From NCBI GenBank assembly GCA_040954595.2, contig CM082584.2, positions 978,281 to 1,042,280 on the forward strand: a stretch of 64,000 bases of DNA. The letters are read 5' to 3'. Shown here in pieces: positions 12,301 through 23,152 of this stretch. Source of the stretch: Balanoglossus misakiensis (taxonomy: Eukaryota > Animalia > Hemichordata). A program made the position numbers and the translations under genes. Every line of letters begins with the position of its first letter. Positions within the stretch are counted from its first letter, which is position 1. Under the pieces are notes generated by a model that did not search any database, had not been told where the DNA came from, and saw nothing but the letters and a program-made list of their open reading frames with translations.

Positions 12301-15300
12301 ATGAAATATCAAGGTTATATCTATGTTTGGTGCTGATATAGTGTTAAGTAGGTCAAAGGTCACCCAGGGGTCACCCACAATTTGGGCAGAATATTTTGAC
12401 CCATAGTGGTCAATGTCCAACAAAAACCAGACCTCTAGCCCTTTTGGTTAACCCGGAATTAGGTATGCACATAAATAATGCGTAAAGCAGGTGTCACAGG
12501 TGACCCCACAACTTTGGCTTTTCATTATGGCCCCATACCTCCAAACGCCAAGGTTGTACCTGCTTTGGATGCTGAGATATGCAAAAGTAGGTCAAAGGTC
12601 ATCTGAGGTCACCCAAAATTTGGGTAGAAAATTTTGACCCGTAGTGGTCCATGTATAACAAAAACAAAACCTCTAGGTCTATTGGTTCATCTGTAATTAG
12701 GTATGTGCATATTTAATGAGTAAAGCAGGTGTCACAGGTGACCCAAAACTTTGGCTTTTCGTTATGGCCCCATACCTCCAAACGCCAAGGCTGTATCTGG
12801 TGTGGATGTCGAGATATGCAAAAGTAGGTCAAAGGTCACCCGAGGTCACCCAACATTTGGGCAAAATATTTTGACCCCATACTGGTCCATGTATAACAAA
12901 AACAAAACCTCTAGGTCTATTGGTTCATCTGTAATTAGGTATATGCATATTTAATGAGGTCAGCAGAGGTCAAAGGGGTCATGAAAAGTAGCAAAATTTT
13001 TTGATCACATACAAATCCACATACATCTAAAACCAAACTTATAGCCCTATTGGTTAGCCAGGAATTAGATATGCAGAAATAATAATGCATGATAAGTAGG
13101 TCAAAGGTCATTGCCAAAATTACCAAAATATTTACAGCTTATTCTTGGCATATGATGATTCATATCCATAAAAAGAATTTCTGTGCTATCAATTTTTAGG
13201 CTAGAAACAGAATTTTTACTTTTTAATCGTTGTTCACAAAATCCAATATGGCCGCCAAAATCTTCGACCAATCACAATGATCTTCGCAAACTTGATAGAC
13301 ATCTGTTTAATGACCACACACACCAAATCTTGTGACTCGGTTATCGCCGGTTCTTGAGAAGAAGATTTTTGAAATTTTACTAGGGTTTTTCGAAAATCCA
13401 ATATGGCCGCCATAATCTTCCACCAATCACAATGATCTTCGCAAACTTGATAGACCTCAGTTTGGTGACCACATACCCCAAACCGCGTGACTCGGTTATC
13501 GCCGGTTCTGGAGAAGAAGATTTTTGAAATTTTGACCAGATTTCAGAAAAACAACTGTAGCAAAAAAACTGCAACATTGACAGCAAAATATCCAATTACA
13601 AAAATGATGGGTAGAAGGTAGACTACCTGCACACCAAGTTTGAAGTCGATCTGACTTGTAGTTTCTGAGATCTGAGATTTGCATTTTTTCAGAAAATCTA
13701 ATATGGCCGCCAGGTCACGTGACTAATTAAAAATTCAAGGGTTCAATGCACATCTACTCATTGACCTTGACCACTGTAGCAAGTTTGAGAAGTGTACCTG
13801 CAGTGGTGTCTGAGATCTAGAGCGACAAAGAATTGACACAAGAATAAAGAAAGAAGAAAGAAAGAATTAAAGCTGCAAGCAGCATTGTCCGGGCCCAAGC
13901 TCTATTATCTGATCTGATATTAGATATGCACATAATTAATGAGTAGAAACATAATGCTCTGTTTTATCCCATGAAATATCAAGGTTATATCTATGTTTGG
14001 TGTTGATATAGTGTAAAGTAGGTCAAAGGTCTCCCAGGGGTCACCCACAATTTGGGCAGAAAATTTTGACCCATAGTGGTCCATGTCCAACAAAAACCAG
14101 ACCTCTAGCCCTTTTGGTTAGCCTGGAATTAGGTATGCACATAAATAATGAGTTAAGCAGGTGTCACAGGTGACCCAAAACTTTGGCTTTTCATTATGGC
14201 CCCATACCTCCAAACGCCAAGGCTGTATCTGCTGTGGATGTCGAGATATGCAAAAGTAGGTCAAAGGTCACCCAAGGTCACCCAACATTTGGGCAAAATA
14301 TTTTGACCCCATACTGTATAACAAAAACAAAACCTCAAGGTCTATTGGTTCATCATTAATTAGGTATGTGCATATTTAATGAGGTCAGCAGAGGTCAAAG
14401 GGGTCATGAGAAGTAGCAAAATTTTTTGATCACATACAAATCCACATACATCAAAAACCAAACTTATAACCCTATTGGTTAGCCTGGAATTAGATATGCA
14501 GAAAAATGATGCGTCAAAAGTAGGTCAAAGGTCATTGCCAAAATTACCAAAATATTTATAGCTTATTCTTGTCATATGATGATTCATATCCATAAAAAGA
14601 ATTTCTGTGCTATCAATTATTAGGCTAGAAAGGGAATTTTTACTTTTTAATCGTTTTTCACAAAATCCAATATGGCCGCCATAATCTTCGACCAATCACA
14701 TTCATCTTCGCAAACTTGATAGACATCTGTTTAATGACCACACACACCAAATCTTGTGACTCGGTTATCGCCGGTTCTTGAGTAGAAGATTTTTCAAATT
14801 TTACTAGGGTTTTTCGAAAATCCAATATGGCCGCCATAATCTTGGACCAATCACTATGATCTTCGCAAACTTGATAGACATCAGTTAGGTGACCACATAC
14901 CCCAAACCCCGTGTCTCGGTTATCACCGGTTCTGGAGAAGAAGATTTTTGAAATTTAGGCCAGATTTCAGAAAAAAAATTGTACCAAAAAAACGGCAACT
15001 TTGTCAGCATAATTTCCAATTACAAAAATGATGGGCAGAAGGTAGTCTACCAGCATGCCAAATTTGAAGTCGATCTGACTTGCAGTTTCTGAGATCTGAG
15101 ATTTGCATTTTTTCAGAAAATCCAAGATGGCCGCCATGTCACGTGACTAATTAAGTATTCACAAGTCACTGCACATCTACTCATTGACCTTGACCACTGT
15201 AGCAAGTTTGAGAACTGTACCTGCAGCGGTGTTTGAGATCTAGAGCGATAAAGAATGGAACCAAGAATAAAGAAAGAAAGAAAGACAGAATTAAAGCTGC

Positions 15301-18300
15301 AAGCAGCATTGTCCGGGCCCAAGCTCTATTATCTGATCTGATTATTAGATATGCACATAATTAATGAGTAGAAACATAATGCAGTGTTTTTATTCCATGA
15401 AATATCAAGGTTATATCTATGTTTGGTGCTGATATAGTGTTAAGTAGGTCAAAGGTCACCCAGGGGTCACCCACAATTTGGGCAGAATATTTTGACCCAT
15501 AGTGGTCAATGTCCAACAAAAACCAGACCTCTAGCACTTTTGGTTAACCCGGAATTAGGTATGCACATAAATAATGCGTAAAGCAGGTGTCACAGGTGAC
15601 CCCACAACTTTGGCTTTTCATTATGGCCCCATACCTCCAAACGCCAAGGTTGTACCTGCTTTGGATGCTGAGATATGCAAAAGTAGGTCAAAGGTCATCT
15701 GAGGTCATCCAACATTTGGGCAAAATATTTTGACCCCATACTGATCCATGTCCAGAAAAAAACAAACCTCTAGGTCATTTGGTTCATCTGTAATTAGGTA
15801 TGCGCATATTTAATGAGGTCAGCAGAGGTCAAAGGGGTCATGAAAAGTAGCAAAAAATTTTGATCACATACAAAACCACATACATCAAAAACCAAACTTA
15901 TAGCCCTATTGGTTAGCCTGGAATTAGATATGCAGAAAAATGATGCGTCAAAAGTAGGTCAAAGGTCATTGCCAAAATTACCAAAATATTTATAGCTTAT
16001 TCTTGTCATATGATGATTCATATCCATAAAAAGAATTTCTGTGCTATCAATTTTTAGGCTAGAAACAGAATTTTTACTTTTTAATCGTTGTTCACAAAAT
16101 CCAATATGGCCGCCAAAATCTTCGACCAATCACAATGATCTTCGCAAACTTGATAGACATCTGTTTAATGACCACACACACCAAATCTTGTGACTCGGTT
16201 ATCGCCGGTTCTTGAGAAGAAGATTTTTGAAATTTTACTAGGGTTTTTCGAAAATCCAATATGGCCGCCATAATCTTCGACCAATCACAATGATCTTCGC
16301 AAACTTGATAGACCTCAGTTTGGTGACCACATACCCCAAACCGCGTGACTCGGTTATCGCCGGTTCTGGAGAAGAAGATTTTTGAAATTTTGACCAGATT
16401 TCAGAAAAACAACTGTAGCAAAAAAACTGCAACATTGACAGCAAAATATCCAATTACAAAAATGATGGGTAGAAGGTAGACTACCTGCACACCAAGTTTG
16501 AAGTCGATCTGACTTGTAGTTTCTGAGATCTGAGATTTGCATTTTTTCAGAAAATCTAATATGGCCGCCAGGTCACGTGACTAATTAAAAATTCAAGGGT
16601 TCAATGCACATCTACTCATTGACCTTGACCACTGTAGCAAGTTTGAGAAGTGTACCTGCAGTGGTGTCTGAGATCTAGAGCGACAAAGAATTGACACAAG
16701 AATAAAGAAAGAATTAAAGCTGCGAGCAGCATTGTCGGGCCCAAGCGCTGATCCTGAATTATATATGCACAGTATGAATAAGAAGAAACAGAATTTTCTA
16801 TCGTATGTATTATCTCATGACATAACGAGGATGTGTGTATTTTTGCTGCTGAAATAGGGTGAAGTAGGTCAAAGGTCACCTGAGGTCACCCAACATTTGG
16901 GCAATTTTTTTTGACCCATACTGGTCCATGTCCAACAAAAACCAAAACTCAAGCACTATTGGTTCGCCTGTAATTAGGTATGTGCATATTTAATGAGGTC
17001 AACAGGTGTCACAGGTGACCCAAAAATGTGGCTTTACATTTTGGTCCCATCCTACCAAATGCCATGGCTGTATCTGCTCTGGATGCTGAGATATGCGAAA
17101 GTAGGTCAAAGGTCACCAGAGGTCACACAACATTTGGGCAAAAAGTTTTGATCCCATACTGGTCCATGTCCAACAAAAACCAAACCTCTAGCTCTATTGG
17201 TTCACCTGTAATTAGCTATGCACATAATTAATGAGGTCAGCAGAGGTCAAAGGGGTCATGAAATGTAGCAAAATATTTTGATCACACACTAATCCACATT
17301 CATCAAAAACCAAACGTCTAGCCCTACAGGTTAGCCTGGAATTAGATATGCAGAAATAATAACGCGTGATAAGTAGGTCAAAGGTCATGTGAAAAATCGC
17401 CAAAAAATTGTAACATATTTTAGTCACATGACGATTGATATCCATAAAAAGAATTTGTATGCTATCAATTTTTAGACTAGAAAAAGGAATTTCAATTTTT
17501 CACTGCTTTTGACAAAATCCAATATGGCCGCCATAATCTTCGACCAATCACAATGCTCTTTGCAAACTTGATAGACATCAGTGTAGTGACCATACTCCCC
17601 GAACCTTGCTACTCAGTCATCGCCCGTTCTGGAGAAGAAGATTTTTGGAGTTTAACTATGGTTTTTCGAAAATCCAATATGGCCGCCATAATCTTCGACC
17701 AATCACAATGATCTTCGCAAACTTGATAGACATCAGTTAGGTGACCAAATACCCCAAACCCCGTGTCTCGGTTATCACCGGTTCTGGAGAAGAAGATTTT
17801 TGAAATTTAAGCCAGATTTCAGAAAAAAAATTGTAGCAAAAAAACTGCAACATTGACAGCAAAATTTCCAATTACAAAAATGATGGGTAGAAGGTAGTCT
17901 ACCTGCATGCCAAATTTGAAGTCGATCTGACTTGTAGTTTCTGAGATCTGAGATTTGAATTTTTTCAGAAAATCCAATATGGCCGCCAGGTCACGTGACT
18001 AATTACGTATTCACAAGTCACTGCACATCTACTCATTGACCTTGACCACTGTAGCAAGTTTGAGAAGTGTACCTGCAGAGGTGTCTGAGATCTCGTTGGC
18101 CAAAGAATTGACACAAGAATAAAGAAAGAAAGAAAAATTCCAACGAAACCAATAGGGCCCAAGCGCTTGCGTGCGCTTGGGCCCTAAAGAAGAAAGAAGG
18201 AAAGACAGAAAAACCCCAACGAAACCAATAGGGCCCAAGCGCTGGTATGCGCTTGGGCCCTAAAAACCCCAGCGAAACCAATACGGGCCCAAGCCTGGCT

Positions 18301-18475
18301 TGGCTTGGGCCCGTAAAAACCCCAACGAAACCAATAGGGCCCAAGCGCTGGCTTGCGCTTGGGCCCTAAAAACCCCAACGAAACCAATAGGGCCCAAGCG
18401 CAAGCAAGCGCTTGGGCCCTAAAAACCCCAACGAAACCAATAGGGCCCAAGCGCTTGCGTGCGCTTGGGCCCTAA
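9346..18475 (-). mobile_element. Six nested non-autonomous Helentron/Helitron2-like (HINE-type) elements of ~1.5-1.7 kb each
   Basis: Six ends TTAAAGCTGC(A/G)AGCAGC..GGGCCCAAGC at 9346, 10768, 12196, 13867, 15291, 16714. Six opposite-end hairpins GGGCCCAAGC...GCTTGGGCCC(G)TAA ending at 18187, 18263, 18316, 18369, 18422, 18475. Absent from the right arm; inserted between A and A with no target duplication. Confidence 0.85.
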
Positions 18476-18479
18476 AGAA

Positions 18480-19195
18480 TTAAAGCTGCGAGCAGCATTG
18501 TTGGGCCCAAGCGCTGATCTTGAATTATATATGCACAGTATGAATGAGAAGAAAGAATTTTCTATCGGATGTATTATCTCATGACATAACAATGATGTGT
18601 GTATTTTTGCTGCTGAAATAGGGTGAAGTAGGTCAAAGGTCACCTGAGGTCACCCAACATTTGGGCAATTTTTTTTTACCCATACTGGTCCATGTCCAAC
18701 AAAAACCAAAACTCTAGCTCTATTGGTTCGCCTGTAATTAGGTATGTGCATAATTAATGAGGTCAGCAGAGGTCAAAGGGGTCATGAAAAGTAGCAAAAT
18801 ATTTTGATCACACACTAATCCACATTCATCAAAAACCAAACCTCTAGCCCTATAGGTTAGCCTGGAATTAGATATGCAGAAATAATAACGCGTGATAATT
18901 AGGTCAAAGGTCATGTGAAAAATCGCCAAAAAATTGTTATATATTTTAGTCACATGACAATTGATATCCATAAAAAGAATTTGTATGCTATCAATTTTTG
19001 GACTAGAAAAAGGAATTTCAATTTTTCTCTGTTTTTTACAAAATCCAATATGGCCACCATAATCTTCGACCAATCACAATGCTCTTTGCAAACTTGATAG
19101 ACATCAGTGTAGTGACCATACTCCCCGAATCTTGCGACTCAGTCATCGCTCGTTCTGGAGAAGAAGATTTTTGGAGTTTAACTATGGTTTTACAA
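18480..19195 (-). mobile_element. Truncated copy of the same HINE-like family; mirror copy at about 27541-28272
   Basis: Starts TTAAAGCTGCGAGCAGC; similarity to the family stops abruptly near 19195. Confidence 0.75.
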
Positions 19196-22100
19196 AAAAA
19201 CAATAAACCCGCTGTACCTCCGCATGTCTCCACAAGAGCTAGGAGCTCAAAATCGGTCGGACGCAGACCAGCGGTCTGTCAGGTGTAGTAACCGTAACAC
19301 CAATAAAGGTAGGTTTTCATTGATTCTAATAGGTCTCCGTTCATCAACATTTCAAATATTCTCCATAATCCAGTAGTTGCCACTGTACTTGAATGAAATA
19401 TTTCCTTTCAAACTTCCAAATGGTAACCGAATCTCAAATCGCAAATCTTTCCATTTTAATAACGAAGTCGGATGCCGAAATTACCAACTCACTTTTTCTA
19501 TCGGACTCCATCATTCTAATACTTTACTTCAATGTTCAAAAATTGTGTAAAACAATATCCACTCTCAATCTATATTTCAGGTTTAACGGCGTAATGGCAT
19601 CCCCGGCCTTTGCTCTATCATAGAGGCAAATGGTATTATCTCTTCCAGTGGAAAAGTTGCGGAGCTGTACGTATTCTCCCTTCTATAATCTGTTCAGCCA
19701 CTTCGGATTTTCTTTCCAGAATTTAAGTTCCAGAACGTTGCCATCGTGCTGCATACAAGGCACGCTAAACAGTTTCCCGTTGGCGGAATTCCGGATCTCG
19801 ACATCCTCCATGACGCGCAATTTCACAGCCATGCCTTGGCTGGTTGCAGATGATGGAGCTAAGGTACGTAACAATCGCACCCCGAAACGCCTGGGCCCTT
19901 TTTTGTGTGTAGTCATTGTGGGTATGTTAACCTCCCATGTCCTTCATTTTTAGAAATTTAGTATACAAAACTGGATGACCGATTATGTTTTAGAGACCTT
20001 TCCCGAATCCACCTGAAGCCCAGTCGGAATGTCTTGGGATGTAACCTAAATTCAATATGGCCGCCTCCATGCGTTCACTTGCATTTGAAAATACGTTGAT
20101 TTTATCGTCGATTAGCGGTGTTTATTCTCAGTATCAATTTAAACGCGGCACTCGCTCACAAGTCATATTCTAGAAAGAAAGAAAAAATGATAGTTTCGAG
20201 TACAGATTACATGTATTTTAAAACGAGGTTTGGTAACAATGGTATCACTACTAAATGACTTACAATCGATGTTTTTAATTGTCTTTGCACCACAGTATGA
20301 ATCCGGTGATGGTAAATCGCATTCAACTTAGAAGGCATGGAGAAAGCGCAACTGATGGTAACTGGGATGCCAAACTGAAACTTTTGGGAGAGAAAACCTT
20401 GCCATGTACGGACGTGGGTGTCACAGTTAAACTTGGGTTAAATACTACAGCGACAACCGAAGTCCCGTTGAGATATGATATGTGGTAGTGCATGTCCACA
20501 TGAGTGCCGTGTACTAGCCTCTCTCTCTGTAAATCCATCCAGGCTACTGCTTTCTGTACATTGGAGAGAAATGAGAACAAAATGGTTAAATCATATTTTG
20601 TATAAGATGGTGTTGACGAAAATAAGATGCATGTGAATTGTAGGACTGAAATGTTTCTGTAATGAATACTAAATTAAAAGTTCACAACTTGCATGCAGAT
20701 AGTAAGTGCTGGGGAAGTTGCAGGGTGGAGATTGCTTTGGTTTAGTTAACTTACTCAATCTTTGTGACTGTTGCATTTCTTGATTGATAGAGTAGTGTAC
20801 ATGCATTGGCAGGTTTTCTAATATGGCCTCCTCTGTACCCAAGGTCTGGCATAAGGTGGGACACTGTAAGTATTTGCCGTCTGACACAGAAGATGCCACT
20901 TCTAGAAAAAAATAAGAAGGACAGAATGTGATTGGTAAGACACAGAGACGTGAACATGTACACAAAATGATAGGAAATTGGTGGAAGCAAGTACTGCAGT
21001 TAATACTTACTCATCTATGTCTATTCCCTCAAATATCCCTTCTACCATATCATCACCATTTGGTTCTTTTAACACTTTAGGGAAAAATTGAGAGTTACAT
21101 TAGAAGCACCGACAATAGGAGGGGGGGGGGGGGTAAGGTTTGCAGAGAACAAGTTTTTTTTATGAACATTTGTGAAAATCAGAAATTAGTGACATGTAGG
21201 ATTTCAATTTTATGATGTAACATTGTTTTCTTTTCAACATCAGTTCTCTGAGTAAAAAGATGGCCATGTAAATTTTCTCTAAGTTTGTTAGAGAAATAAA
21301 GTACATGTACAACTTTAATGTTTCACTAATTGAGTTTCAGTGTTCTTGTATTGTCTCCTTTGCCCCATGTCAACCTCAAAGTAAATATCAAATTTGCCAT
21401 TTTTGACTTATTTGTCCTTGTAGTGGGCCACATAGCATTTTAGTGCAACTTATGAAAATCTGAAGAACCAAATGCCTAATTTACCCACTCTGCACAGATT
21501 TATGTCAATGGTACTGACTTGATGATCGGTATAGCGCCCTCTGTGGTAGGGGGTGGGGGGTTAACCTAGCCTTTATATGTTTATCCCTGTCCGGTTCCAT
21601 TCCAATTGTATCTATGGTAACCTTATTATCAGCAGTAAATGCCACAATTGTAAAACAGCAATAAGTTTAGTATCAAGCACTCTGTGGAATTAAATATACC
21701 CTGTGTTTTCTTTGATTCCCATTAGTAATCATGCAACTTTGCCATTTTGGGCCTTCTGATTTGCTGTATGTGCTCACTAGTCCTTCCCAACGTCTCTGAA
21801 TTAGAAGGCCATTGTCATTTGTATAGTGTAGACACATTTCATTTTAGTACAACTGATGAAAGTCTCGTGAAAAACCAAATGCTTAATTTACCCACTGTGC
21901 AAAGATTATCTGAATGATATTGTGTTGATCGTCATATAGTATAGCGCCCTCTGCGATAGTATTTGGATGATTGTGCCAGGGAGAAGGGGGTACTGAGGGA
22001 GCAGATGCAGATGACAGCAAGGCATATCCACTGAACAATGAGACGGTACGTGTTGTCAGCATTCAGGGAGAGTAAAAAGGGGAGCGCAAGAGACCAGGAT

Positions 22101-22266
22101 GAAGAGACGAGCAGTATTGCATCATCTGTGGAAATAAATGCCAAGAGAAGGTAAGTGTGGAAGACAAGCACTTAGGGGTTATAAACAAATGTTTTTTTGT
22201 GGACAGTTTTAGTATCAAGCATTGTGGAATTAAATATACACAGTGTGTGTTGTGTGTTAGATAGGT

Positions 22267-22273
22267 ACATACA

Positions 22274-22307
<34 letters not shown>

Positions 22308-22530
22308 CATACATACATACATACATACATACATACATGCATGCATACATAGATACATAGATACATAGATACATGCATACATGCATACATGCATACATGC
22401 ATACATGCATACATGCATACATGCATACATGCATGCATACATGCATGCATGCATGCATGCATGCATACATACATACATACATACATACATACATACATAC
22501 ATACATACATACATACATACATACATACAT
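22267..22530. repeat. (CATA)n/(CATG)n compound microsatellite; partial mirror at 24401-24475
   Basis: Directly visible; includes self-complementary (GCAT)n runs. Confidence 0.95.
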
Positions 22531-22636
22531 GGAAAACACACAGCAAATGGACTCCTTTTTTATCATCCTCACCAGGAATCGAACCAGGATCCCTTATCAC
22601 AAAGTGACAAGTGCGTTAACCATTACGCCATGAGGA
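22267..22636 (-). mobile_element. tRNA-derived SINE-like element (tRNA-like head 22566-22636, short body, ATGT-repeat tail)
   Basis: Minus strand reads TCCTCA-TGGCGTAATGG (A box)-TTAACGC...GGTTCGATTCC (B box)-TGG-TGAGGA. Acceptor and D stems can pair, but the anticodon arm is non-canonical. Confidence 0.7.
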
Positions 22637-22849
22637 TTGTTTTATCTCCACTAACTGCCAACACACTGTCCAATTGCACATTCACTCACTGACATATTCA
22701 ACACACCAGTTTTTTTATTTCAATAAAAATTCACAAATGCATGTGAGAAATAACAGAGAGTCAGAAATTGGCATCCACAGGAGTTACTGCATTGCTATAT
22801 GGTATTATAGAGCAGCCAATGCAGTCTAACACTTTTATTAGCTTATTAA

Positions 22850-23152
22850 AGGCAGAAAGTCTCTTTGCTGCCCTTTTTTAATAATTATGTGTGATACAAG
22901 AGACTGTTGATGTGGATATATAGTGAATCAACGTTCGACCACACACAGCTTCCATCCCGTTTGTAGGATATGACAGTAAAAACTCGCCCAAAATGAATAA
23001 ATGGTAAAGACCAATTATTCATTTTGGCAAGATTTTTCACTCTCGTGTCTACAAGCAGTGTGTGTTGTTGAATGTTGATTCACTATATATCCACATGTAC
23101 ATTAACATAAATGGTGTCTTGCATCAAACATAATTAATGGAAAAGGGTCCCT
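22850..23152. mobile_element. TTAA-flanked fold-back MITE in the spacer (Kolobok-like)
   Basis: TTAA-AGG...CCT-TTAA; the two halves are inverted around ~23005. Partial copies at 1-110, 2260-2412, 37640-37795 and 39960-40085. Confidence 0.65.

Larger units (their letters stand above)
1..22344. repeat. Left arm of large inverted duplication (runs off the window's left edge)
   Basis: Reverse complement of 24401-40069; position 1 pairs with 40069. The ORF track shows mirrored near-identical ORFs throughout. Contains 9346-18475, which the right arm lacks. Confidence 0.97.

Noticed and set aside
9346-18140. Ordinary 1.4-kb macrosatellite from unequal crossover
   Set aside because: Does not explain the six displaced hairpins matching the bodies in reverse order, or the exact empty site.
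18141-18475. CRISPR-like mini-array of palindromic 53-bp units with variable loops
   Set aside because: The variable part is only a few nucleotides, and the units are better explained as stacked transposon termini.
8193-19288. Many 60-110 aa ORFs in the repeat stack
   Set aside because: Recurring translations of non-coding repeat units, with no domain signature and frequent stops.
22566-22636. Functional tRNA gene
   Set aside because: No canonical 7-nt anticodon loop, a T-stem mismatch, and a microsatellite tail follows.
22063-22692. MYVC/HTYI repeat ORFs (also 24385-24858 and 62131-62400)
   Set aside because: Translations of (CATA)n microsatellites.
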